Origin: a virus | DNA length: 64,000 nucleotides | Virus record (IMG/VR): IMGVR_UViG_3300008117_000025 | Coordinates: 32,001-96,000 of that record | Strand: one strand, 5' to 3' | Shown: one piece after another, positions 29,235 through 36,846 of the stretch | Numbering within the stretch: the stretch's first letter is position 1 | Layout of the letters: every line of letters begins with the position of its first letter | Notes under the pieces: model-generated | Told to the model about the DNA's origin: nothing | What the model saw: only the letters and a program-made list of their open reading frames with translations | The model's database searches: none | Made by a program: the position numbers and the translations under genes

Positions 29235-29869
29235 TATTTAAATTTAGCTCCGTTTACTTCAATTGCATGAAGGAATTCTTCACGAATCAAATTATCCTTT
29301 TCCATAAACACACCACTGAATTTATTTGTAGTCATTACAGATGGATGTTTAATTCCACGATGTGAGCAACAAGTGTGTTTACAAGCAATACTAACTGCTA
29401 CTGATGGGCAATCCATTTTAGTTGCAAGATAATCGTGAATTTGTTGAGTAAGTGATTCTTGCATTTGTGGTCTACGAGAGAACCATTCTACAATACGATT
29501 CAATTTACTTAATCCAATTACATTTTCACCTGGTACATATGCTACAGTTGCATATCCTGTAAATGCAAGATTATGATGTGCACACATACTAACGATAGGA
29601 ATACCTGATTGGATTACTAGTCCATCATATCCATCATCGTTAGGAAATACTGTAATGTTAGGTTCATCTGTGATTGATCCTACAATAAGATCTTTCAGCC
29701 ATGCTTTAGCTACACGACGAGGTGTATCTTCAGTTTGTCTATCTGCTTTATAATCAAATCCTACTGCGTTAAGGAATTCGCCGTATGCTACAGCTGCTTT
29801 TTCAATCATTTGCTCTACTTCTTCTGGTGTGCGAGCTAAACTACCATTTGATTTAGTTAGTAACTTCAT
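29234..29869 (-). CDS. folE: GTP cyclohydrolase I
   Basis: DTPRRVAKAW, SMCAHHNLAF, IGLSKLNRIV, RPQMQESLT, HTCCSHRG. Confidence 0.95.
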   Translation of the reverse strand: MKLLTKSNGSLARTPEEVEQMIEKAAVAYGEFLNAVGFDYKADRQTEDTPRRVAKAWLKDLIVGSITDEPNITVFPNDDGYDGLVIQSGIPIVSMCAHHNLAFTGYATVAYVPGENVIGLSKLNRIVEWFSRRPQMQESLTQQIHDYLATKMDCPSVAVSIACKHTCCSHRGIKHPSVMTTNKFSGVFMEKDNLIREEFLHAIEVNGAKFK

Positions 29870-30020
29870 TGTTTATTAATTGTGGATTTGTTTCTAAAAT
29901 ATTTGCTATTGAATGTACGATCTCTTCTGGTCCAAATGAAGTTTTCCAGTCACAGTCTTCTGTTACCTGGTCTACCCATTGCATGTAGAGTTTATATAGT
30001 TCGTCTCTGTTGATTTGCAT
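29853..30020 (-). CDS. hypothetical protein (55 aa)
   Basis: Manual translation MQINRDELYKLYMQWVDQVTEDCDWKTSFGPEEIVHSIANILE... overlaps the folE start. Confidence 0.55.
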   Translation of the reverse strand: MQINRDELYKLYMQWVDQVTEDCDWKTSFGPEEIVHSIANILETNPQLINNEVTN

Positions 30021-30021
30021 G

Positions 30022-30192
30022 TTATACGTTTAATGTTTTTGATTTTACTCCAGAACGAATAGTTGCATCAATGGAATATTTTTTAAGTATTTCAGCTACC
30101 AATCTACAATCTTCACTTTTAGTAAATTCATTCATGTTATCGACTGTGGTTTCAAGTTCTATCCAGAATTTTACCTCTATACTATTTTCCAT
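30022..30192 (-). CDS. hypothetical protein (56 aa)
   Basis: Manual translation MENSIEVKFWIELETTVDNMNEFTKSEDCRLVAEILKKYSIDATIRSGVKSKTLNV. Tightly packed with its neighbours. Confidence 0.5.
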   Translation of the reverse strand: MENSIEVKFWIELETTVDNMNEFTKSEDCRLVAEILKKYSIDATIRSGVKSKTLNV

Positions 30193-30295
30193 CTTTATCT
30201 ATTTTATTAGCCCATTTAATAGCTAGCCATAGCATACCTAAAGGTATACCTGCAGCTACTATTATACCTAATATTAGATTAATTATATTATACAT
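30182..30295 (-). CDS. 37-aa single-pass membrane peptide
   Basis: MYNIINLILGIIVAAGIPLGMLWLAIKWANKIDKDGK. The ATG overlaps the queE stop. Confidence 0.5.
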   Translation of the reverse strand: MYNIINLILGIIVAAGIPLGMLWLAIKWANKIDKDGK

Positions 30296-31124
30296 TAAGT
30301 GTTTTATTCCACGCAGCAATATGAAGACGAGTCAATCCACGGAAACGATATTTCTTAGCCATTTCTAAACAGAATTGAGTACGCTCTTCAAAATCTCTAA
30401 CATCATCCAACCCAGGCATACAAACTACATTCTTAAGAGGTATATTAAGCGGTTTAACGAAATCTTCAAATATTTCCTTAATATCGTCTTCAGTACTAAT
30501 AACGAATTTGAACTGGTAGTTTTTATGTTCCATAATGCGTTTAAGAGCGGCTTCGCTAAAGCGCTGAGATTTACTCATGCCTGAATTGGCTAGTTTAGGT
30601 GAGCAGTTGATTTGATCAAGCATCACAAATAGCTTATCATCAATATAGACTGTACCATTAGTTTCAATTTCATAGTATGGCTTGACGGTATTGTCAAGGT
30701 GCCTTGCAAGCCAATAATTAGTAAAATTAGTGATTGCTTGTTGATGACCTTTGATTGTTGGTTCACCACCAGTCCAGATAATATGAACATCACCATTCAA
30801 AATATCATCATATACACCTTCTTCTTTCCAACGATTAATCAAATAATCAAATTCTTTATCTTCACCTCTCCACAACCACTGGCTTGTAGAATCACAAGTC
30901 CAAGTTGCTTTACCTGTTGCATGTAAGTCACCTGTGAAGATTTCTCCGTCTTCTAGTTCTTGGTCTTTAGCGAGTTGATTTGTAAATGCTCTACTCATAC
31001 CGCAAGTTAGGTTACAAATACCTAAACGAACAAAGTAGGAGGGCACTCCCGAGGAGATACCCTCACCTTGGACAGAGTAGAAGTCACTAGATATTAATAA
31101 TTTGTTTGGATCGATTTTGCTCAT
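30288..31124 (-). CDS. queE: 7-carboxy-7-deazaguanine synthase (radical SAM)
   Basis: FYSVQGEG, FVRLGICNLTC...CDS, WTGGEP, EIETNGT, SPKL, QFKFV and RLHIAAW. Likely start is MSKIDP at 31124. Confidence 0.93.
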   Translation of the reverse strand: MSKIDPNKLLISSDFYSVQGEGISSGVPSYFVRLGICNLTCGMSRAFTNQLAKDQELEDGEIFTGDLHATGKATWTCDSTSQWLWRGEDKEFDYLINRWKEEGVYDDILNGDVHIIWTGGEPTIKGHQQAITNFTNYWLARHLDNTVKPYYEIETNGTVYIDDKLFVMLDQINCSPKLANSGMSKSQRFSEAALKRIMEHKNYQFKFVISTEDDIKEIFEDFVKPLNIPLKNVVCMPGLDDVRDFEERTQFCLEMAKKYRFRGLTRLHIAAWNKTLNV

Positions 31125-31243
31125 TTCAATAATGTTTTTATATAAGTAAAGATAAGACCAATATTTGGCCACTCAGTTATTGCTAGAAGACTAAGGTGTT
31201 TTTCACCACATAGTCCTAATGTATGTTCTATAACGTGTATCAT
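31121..31243 (-). CDS. 40-aa peptide translationally coupled to queE
   Basis: MIHVIEHTLGLCGEKHLSLLAITEWPNIGLIFTYIKTLLK. Its TGA overlaps the queE ATG (ATGA). Confidence 0.5.
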   Translation of the reverse strand: MIHVIEHTLGLCGEKHLSLLAITEWPNIGLIFTYIKTLLK

Positions 31244-31254
31244 AATCAAAAATT

Positions 31255-31284
31255 AAAAAAGGTCCCAACCGAAGTTGGGACCTT
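31255..31284 (-). terminator. intrinsic terminator with a C(UUCG)G tetraloop
   Basis: Minus strand reads AAGGTCCCAAC-TTCG-GTTGGGACCTT followed by TTTT, just after the stop of 31295..31531. Confidence 0.9.
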
Positions 31285-31294
31285 AGGGGTGAAA

Positions 31295-31531
31295 TTAGGC
31301 AGTAGCCAATTCACTAGTTTTGGTACGGCGACGGGCCAAATTGTACATCGCATTAGCAAGGGTGTCATTTACACGACGATCACCACTTTTAACGTAGTTT
31401 ACAAAACGTGTAGTGTAACCTGTTTCTTCTGCGAGACGAGTGGTGTCTCCTTGGCGTTGACGAGCTTTGTAGAAGGCCAACTTTGCTGTTCTGTTCATGT
31501 AATTTGCACGAACGTTTGTTTGATAACTCAT
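31295..31531 (-). CDS. small basic helix-turn-helix protein
   Basis: 78 aa, R/K-rich. DTTRLAEETGYTTRFVNYVKSGDRRV fits an XRE-like HTH. Confidence 0.6.
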   Translation of the reverse strand: MSYQTNVRANYMNRTAKLAFYKARQRQGDTTRLAEETGYTTRFVNYVKSGDRRVNDTLANAMYNLARRRTKTSELATA

Positions 31532-31546
31532 ATAACTGATTATTGA

Positions 31547-32446
31547 TTACGAATTGTGTTCTGCTAATACTTTTTCTACATGGGCTTTAGCTACTTCCCA
31601 ACTAACAGGTCCGGTTTCATCAGCATAATCTACAGGATCAGGACGACCTAATCTAATAAATGCTTCAATACGCTCTACTGATGCTGCTGATTTGTAATCT
31701 GAAAACCAATATCCTTCTTTTGATTCATATAAAACTATATCTCCATCTAATGTTTGAGCTTTAGGAATCCAAATTGGTTTATAAGATGTATTTGTGCGCT
31801 TATAGACTTCATCAAAGTTAAGACCAAGTTTTTGACAAGCCAACTCTCCATCTTTTAAGATATCAAATTTATTTACTTCAAGATAAGGAGTATAAATTGA
31901 TACTAAATGTGAATCCCAGTTACCAATAACAAAAGCATCAAAATCAGCATCTCTAAATTCTTGTCTACAATCAGGATAAATAGCATGATCACCAGCATGG
32001 ATTCCCATTGCAATTTCTACTGGTTGTCCTGTAGTACAATCATCTCCAATATTCTTAGTTGCAATTGAAAGTGCTACTGCTTGAATCAATGAACTAAAGA
32101 TCTTGTTGCGATTAGGAACAACTGTATCTTTCATGTTGTCTTGTTCATAATGTCCTTCAGGAACATCATCACCACCTTCAACAAGTGATGAATTAAGTAG
32201 TTTAGATAATCCATCTAATTTGATTACTTGGTGAGTTACATTACCATAAATTGCTTTTCCACCACAACCACAGTTTTTTTCATTTACATAAGCAACTAAT
32301 GATGCTGCTCGTTCTAATTCTACTTTATGTTTTTGACCATAATCAAAACCTAAAGCTGTTACATCGTAACCGTTTGCAAGGAGGTGGAGGAGTAGTGTTG
32401 ATGAATCCATTCCACCTGACAGTGATAATACTGCTTGTTTTCTCAT
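31547..32446 (-). CDS. queC: 7-cyano-7-deazaguanine synthase
   Basis: PP-loop SLSGGMDSST, FDYGQKHKVEL, VVPNRN, YPDCRQEF and TPYL. Confidence 0.93.
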   Translation of the reverse strand: MRKQAVLSLSGGMDSSTLLLHLLANGYDVTALGFDYGQKHKVELERAASLVAYVNEKNCGCGGKAIYGNVTHQVIKLDGLSKLLNSSLVEGGDDVPEGHYEQDNMKDTVVPNRNKIFSSLIQAVALSIATKNIGDDCTTGQPVEIAMGIHAGDHAIYPDCRQEFRDADFDAFVIGNWDSHLVSIYTPYLEVNKFDILKDGELACQKLGLNFDEVYKRTNTSYKPIWIPKAQTLDGDIVLYESKEGYWFSDYKSAASVERIEAFIRLGRPDPVDYADETGPVSWEVAKAHVEKVLAEHNS

Positions 32447-32475
32447 TTTGTTTAATAATTAAAATTAAGAGCGTA

Positions 32476-32709
32476 TTATTTTGTTACTCGATTAGCTCTA
32501 GAACCGAAATATTCTTTCAAAAATGTCTCAGGATATAACATTACATCTCCTGTATATTTATTATTAGATACAAACCTAGTTTCGTGTTTAATTTTTTTAG
32601 AAGAAGCTACAGTTGCTACTTCTTTTCCCAATTTGCTTCCTGCAGGGTAACCTAAATAATCAAAAAGCGATAACATTTTATCTGACATAACTTTTAAACT
32701 TTTGTACAT
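32476..32709 (-). CDS. hypothetical protein
   Basis: 77-aa ORF between the TGT-like gene and queC. Confidence 0.55.
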   Translation of the reverse strand: MYKSLKVMSDKMLSLFDYLGYPAGSKLGKEVATVASSKKIKHETRFVSNNKYTGDVMLYPETFLKEYFGSRANRVTK

Positions 32710-33463
32710 TAAATTTAATATCTTCTATTTTGTCAGCCAAATCTTTTTCAAAATAATATTCAAGCTTTTCTTTTGGCTTCCAAGCTAAACCACTATCACT
32801 ATATTTTTCTCCTTCAGCACCTACTAGAATTGGATTAGATGTATCTACTGATTTGATAAATTTCCAATCTCCATAAGCCATAAACTCCTGAGGTAATGAG
32901 CATCCAAGAAGATGATGATGGTAGCTTTCACGAATTAATTTATGTTGAACTAATCGTCTAATAAATTCCATTCTACCATACATTTGAGATTTTAATTTAT
33001 CCATTCCAGTATATTCTTTCTCATATGCAATACTAGAGTGATTAAAAGCAATATGTTTATATCCTAAATCAACTAATGTTTGATATGTAGTCATTAATTC
33101 ACCCATATCTTTACCTTGACATACTGCCATTAAATTAACACCTTCGGGTAAATTATTTTTATAGTTAATCATCCAATGTTTAGCATTTCGAATAGTTACT
33201 ATTGAATCATTCCAAGCATCAGGAACAATAAAGATATCTGGTTGGAGAAAGTTAATTTTTTCTAGTAGATCTTCTGTTGTATGGTTTACACCTTCAAACA
33301 ACCCATTATCCATAATAATAAATCGTTTGTCTTTTTTTGCTTTAGTAAAGAACAACTTATATTGTTGTGATTTATCTAATAAGTGAGGAAGACAATAATC
33401 ATAATCATTCCACTCATAAGCATGATGCATTAAGCTGAGAGGCAGCTCATGTGATACTTTCAT
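32678..33463 (-). CDS. dpdA: tRNA-guanine-transglycosylase-fold protein, probable DpdA-type DNA 7-deazaguanine transglycosylase
   Basis: Motifs in TGT order: MDNGLFE (cf. DSGGFQ), IVPD, AVCQG (cf. IVQGG), HLLGC (cf. YLMGV) and SVDTSNP (cf. FDCVxP). No Zn subdomain. Sits between queD and queC. Confidence 0.7.
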   Translation of the reverse strand: MKVSHELPLSLMHHAYEWNDYDYCLPHLLDKSQQYKLFFTKAKKDKRFIIMDNGLFEGVNHTTEDLLEKINFLQPDIFIVPDAWNDSIVTIRNAKHWMINYKNNLPEGVNLMAVCQGKDMGELMTTYQTLVDLGYKHIAFNHSSIAYEKEYTGMDKLKSQMYGRMEFIRRLVQHKLIRESYHHHLLGCSLPQEFMAYGDWKFIKSVDTSNPILVGAEGEKYSDSGLAWKPKEKLEYYFEKDLADKIEDIKFNVQKFKSYVR

Positions 33464-33651
33464 TGGAAACTCTTTAATTTATTCTTTAATTTTTCTAACT
33501 GGATTGTAATCCACCATTTTCCCATATTACTTGATGGTTGGTAGTTTTCCCAATACTCAAATTCACCTTCCCAATGCCCTTCAGTGTATGGGGGAGGAGC
33601 ATGTAATTCAATTTGTTTGCGAGCCGATTTCTTAGCCGTTTTTTTCTTCAT
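33460..33651 (-). CDS. hypothetical protein
   Basis: 63 aa, overlap-coupled with queD and the dpdA-like gene. Confidence 0.5.
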   Translation of the reverse strand: MKKKTAKKSARKQIELHAPPPYTEGHWEGEFEYWENYQPSSNMGKWWITIQLEKLKNKLKSFQ

Positions 33652-34099
33652 AAATAGCGGTATTTTTATTGTGTTCCATAAATTCTACTCTTGCTATTTT
33701 AACTCTACCGCTAGTTTCTTCTTGAACGAATACGTTCAATTTTTCAAATATATATTTAGCAAACTGTTCTGCCCCAACAGCTGGGATAATTCTGAGTTGG
33801 ATAATGCCTAGTTGGTCCATTGTTTTGAATCCACCTAATCCTGGATCGTCTTCTGCTATGATTGTAGTGTGATCAAACATATAATCCATCCAGGCTTTAG
33901 GGTTCATACCGTCAATAGTGCCTTTAGCACGTTTCATACCTCCAAAATCCCAAACCCAATTACGTTCGTCTAGTTCACCTTCGAACCATACTCTGAATGA
34001 TATTCCATAGCCATGGAGAAATCTACAGTGTGTACCTTCGGCTTTCCATTGACGGAACACACAACTAAAACCGTCAAATAACTTAGTTGATTGAAACAT
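33632..34099 (-). CDS. queD: 6-carboxy-5,6,7,8-tetrahydropterin synthase
   Basis: THCRFLHGY (Zn His motif), WVWDFGG, FDHTT and GAEQFA. Confidence 0.92.
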   Translation of the reverse strand: MFQSTKLFDGFSCVFRQWKAEGTHCRFLHGYGISFRVWFEGELDERNWVWDFGGMKRAKGTIDGMNPKAWMDYMFDHTTIIAEDDPGLGGFKTMDQLGIIQLRIIPAVGAEQFAKYIFEKLNVFVQEETSGRVKIARVEFMEHNKNTAIYEEKNG

Positions 34100-34311
34100 T
34101 ATTTTTCTTTTTTTATTGTTGTTGTTGATTTAAATAGAATTGTTGATAGTAGATTTAATCCTATTGCTTGCCACAATGTAATTTCAGGTAATTTGAATAT
34201 TACAGGCATTAACCAATTCCACAACAACATCAAAGGATAACCTAATATTACTATAACTATAGCTACCATTCCTAAAAACACAGCAATTGCTTCAAAACTA
34301 TTCTTCATCAT
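34099..34311 (-). CDS. small membrane protein
   Basis: Two hydrophobic segments and LWNWLMP..F.LPEITLWQAIGL. Confidence 0.6.
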   Translation of the reverse strand: MMKNSFEAIAVFLGMVAIVIVILGYPLMLLWNWLMPVIFKLPEITLWQAIGLNLLSTILFKSTTTIKKEK

Positions 34312-34483
34312 TTATTTGATTTTCTATTTCGCTTATATCTAATTTTACTTCAGCTAACGATTGTTCTATTTGAGATACTATTTCAAGTAACTCTCCTAAC
34401 ATTAATCCTTGTTGTTGTGGATTTGCAGTTTCAATACTTTTTTGTATTTCCAAAACGCGTTCGTGTATTTTATCTGTTTCCAT
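34298..34483 (-). CDS. acidic coiled-coil hypothetical protein
   Basis: 61 aa, overlap-coupled on both sides. Confidence 0.5.
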   Translation of the reverse strand: METDKIHERVLEIQKSIETANPQQQGLMLGELLEIVSQIEQSLAEVKLDISEIENQINDEE

Positions 34484-34676
34484 TTTCTAAATTATCTTTT
34501 AAGTTAAGAAATTCTTTTGCCAATACCACATTTCCTTTTTCGTATTTTGGATTAAAAGGACAGTGCAAACATTTATTACCACAGCATTCTCCTCGTTGGA
34601 TGTGATAGAGGGCAGTGAAAACTACCCTCGTATCATCCATATAATAATGAACATCTTTTATAAATTCAAAAGCCAT
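34470..34676 (-). CDS. small Cys-rich metal-binding protein (DUF5522-like)
   Basis: YYM....VFTALYHIQRGECCGNKCLHCPF pattern. Confidence 0.7.
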   Translation of the reverse strand: MAFEFIKDVHYYMDDTRVVFTALYHIQRGECCGNKCLHCPFNPKYEKGNVVLAKEFLNLKDNLENGNR

Positions 34677-34677
34677 A

Positions 34678-36528
34678 TTATACTATCTCACAGCTTGCCC
34701 CAGAGCAAGCAACTTGATCACTAAGATTAGTTTCATCACTAAATTCTACTACTTTAGATAAATCAATAGAGTGAAGGTGTTGAGCCATTTCATCAAATTG
34801 TTCTTTAGTAATATCTTCAAACGGTGCTTGAGTATAAGTACCTCCAAAATAAGGTAATACTGATAAACCATTGAATGTTTCTTTATTTTCCCACATCCAG
34901 TTACCTACTACTTCCCATTCACCTTCTTGAACTGATACTGTAGCTGATACGTTGTTTGTATTTGCTCCTTTACGGTGGCCTTTTTTAACCCATTGAACGT
35001 TAAATTTCTTAGTACGTTCAAGCATATCAATTACGTTTTCATTTCTTAAAATAGAACCTTCTGGTGCTTTCTGAGGTACTGAAATTACAGCTTGGATAGT
35101 TGGTTTAAAGAAGTCATCTTCTACTAATTCAGGATGATTAACTGCAAGGTAAGAATAAATTGCTTCGTTTTTACCTACACGAATACGACGAATATAATAA
35201 TCATTGTGCCAAGCATGAATGCCAGATGATGTTCCTAATACTAATGAAGATGTACCTGATGGTTTAACTGTAGTAACACGAGCTGCTTTATTAACGCCAA
35301 TCTTTTCAGCTATTTCAGCATTTACTTCTTTAGCTAGATCAGCTGCTTCTTTTAAATTGTATTTTAATACAGCTCCAGAACCGATACCGGTCATTCCAAC
35401 ACCTAACAAAGCATCTCTTTCAGTTGTTTTCTGCCAGATCTCTCTTAAGTAATGGAAATCAGTGTATGCTGCTTGTAATGTGCCAATGAAAGCACCTACT
35501 TTTACTCTTTCGTTTAGATCTTCTTGTGATTCAACATTTGAAACGTTTACTTCACATAAGTTACAGAATTGATAAGGACGTAAAGCAATTTCACAACATG
35601 GGTTAGTACCCCAGTCTTTGTCGTTTGAAAAATAGATACCGGGTTCACCACTGCCGCTTAATTCAATTTTCTTCCACAATTTGCGGAATTCTTCTTCTGT
35701 GATCTTATGACGCAACACAACGGCAGAATTATTAGCGCGACCACGTTGTGGGTTTTCTTCCCACCAATTTCCAAACTTACAAGTCAACATATCTTCATCA
35801 TCCAAATCAAACAATGAAATTAATGCTGCTCTTCTAATACCACCACTTAATACAGCATCAGCAATGTGACAAGCCATATCGTGTGCTTCGATTGAGGTGA
35901 TTTTATCGCCATTCTTTTTGCGATCAAATACCTTCTGGAGATTAAATAGACATTCTTTCAATGGTTCAGGGCCAGGTGCTTTACCACCTACAGTAATTAA
36001 CTGAGCGCCTTTAGGGCGGATGTCTCTAAAGTCAAATAGTGGGAGTGGAGCGCCTTGAAAATATGCTTTACAAAGCATTCTGACGGCATCAGCCCATCCT
36101 TCAATACTATCTCCAATTAGATATCTTTTATGTTTAGTTGGTACTTTAATTTCTGGTAGTTGCTCAATATGGTGTGTTTGCACACTATATCCTACTCCAC
36201 AACCAGACAAAAGCAGAAACATTATTTCGCTAAATGAACGCCAGTCATCAAGAGGAAGAAAAGAGCAATTAAATATACGAGCATTATTAAGTTCAATGGG
36301 CTTACCTGCAAATTGCAAGCTGCGCATTGACGGAAGTACTTTTTTATCGTACACGAGTTTGTATGCTTCTTCGATTTCATTTTTTAATTGAGGGAATTTA
36401 GTTTGATGCATTTCTTTATTACGCGTAACTAATTCATTCCATGTTTCTCTCCTGTTAAATTCAGGTCTAAACTTAGCGTATTTCATGTAAGTAGTGATCT
36501 CGCTAAGTATACTTTGCGTTACATCCAT
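34678..36528 (-). CDS. nrdJ: class II (adenosylcobalamin-dependent) ribonucleotide reductase, monomeric RTPR type
   Basis: PSMRSLQFAG, FNCSF, RRAALISL, GTNPCCEI, FCNLCEVN, VKPSGT and a C-terminal ACSGASCEIV redox Cys pair. No nrdB nearby. Confidence 0.9.
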   Translation of the reverse strand: MDVTQSILSEITTYMKYAKFRPEFNRRETWNELVTRNKEMHQTKFPQLKNEIEEAYKLVYDKKVLPSMRSLQFAGKPIELNNARIFNCSFLPLDDWRSFSEIMFLLLSGCGVGYSVQTHHIEQLPEIKVPTKHKRYLIGDSIEGWADAVRMLCKAYFQGAPLPLFDFRDIRPKGAQLITVGGKAPGPEPLKECLFNLQKVFDRKKNGDKITSIEAHDMACHIADAVLSGGIRRAALISLFDLDDEDMLTCKFGNWWEENPQRGRANNSAVVLRHKITEEEFRKLWKKIELSGSGEPGIYFSNDKDWGTNPCCEIALRPYQFCNLCEVNVSNVESQEDLNERVKVGAFIGTLQAAYTDFHYLREIWQKTTERDALLGVGMTGIGSGAVLKYNLKEAADLAKEVNAEIAEKIGVNKAARVTTVKPSGTSSLVLGTSSGIHAWHNDYYIRRIRVGKNEAIYSYLAVNHPELVEDDFFKPTIQAVISVPQKAPEGSILRNENVIDMLERTKKFNVQWVKKGHRKGANTNNVSATVSVQEGEWEVVGNWMWENKETFNGLSVLPYFGGTYTQAPFEDITKEQFDEMAQHLHSIDLSKVVEFSDETNLSDQVACSGASCEIV

Positions 36529-36543
36529 TTCTAATTCGGTTTT

Positions 36544-36804
36544 TTAAATAAGTGATTTAATAAAATTGCTATAAGTAGTTTTGGGGTTAAGACCCACATA
36601 ACGTTGTACTGCTTTGCCATCGTGTTCAACTATAACAGTTGGAACAGAAGTAATCATATATTCCTGAACAGGATCAGGAGATGTATCTACATCAATAGTT
36701 TCAAAAGAAACATTGGGAAATTCATTTGCTAATTCATTAAATGCCGGAGCAAGCTGTCTACATGGGTTACACCATACGGCGGTGAACCTTTTAACCTTTA
36801 CCAT
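36544..36804 (-). CDS. trxA: thioredoxin
   Basis: WCNPC active site and the ITSVPT cis-Pro motif. Directly upstream of nrdJ. Confidence 0.92.
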   Translation of the reverse strand: MVKVKRFTAVWCNPCRQLAPAFNELANEFPNVSFETIDVDTSPDPVQEYMITSVPTVIVEHDGKAVQRYVGLNPKTTYSNFIKSLI

Positions 36805-36846
36805 AATTTTCTGATTGTGTAGTTATAAATATAGTATATACTTCAA

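Noticed and set aside
31130-31250. tRNA or riboswitch (e.g. preQ1) upstream of queE
   Set aside because: No cloverleaf or preQ1 aptamer was recognised. The interval is filled by a 40-aa ORF coupled to queE, which also makes the longer 31172 queE start unlikely.
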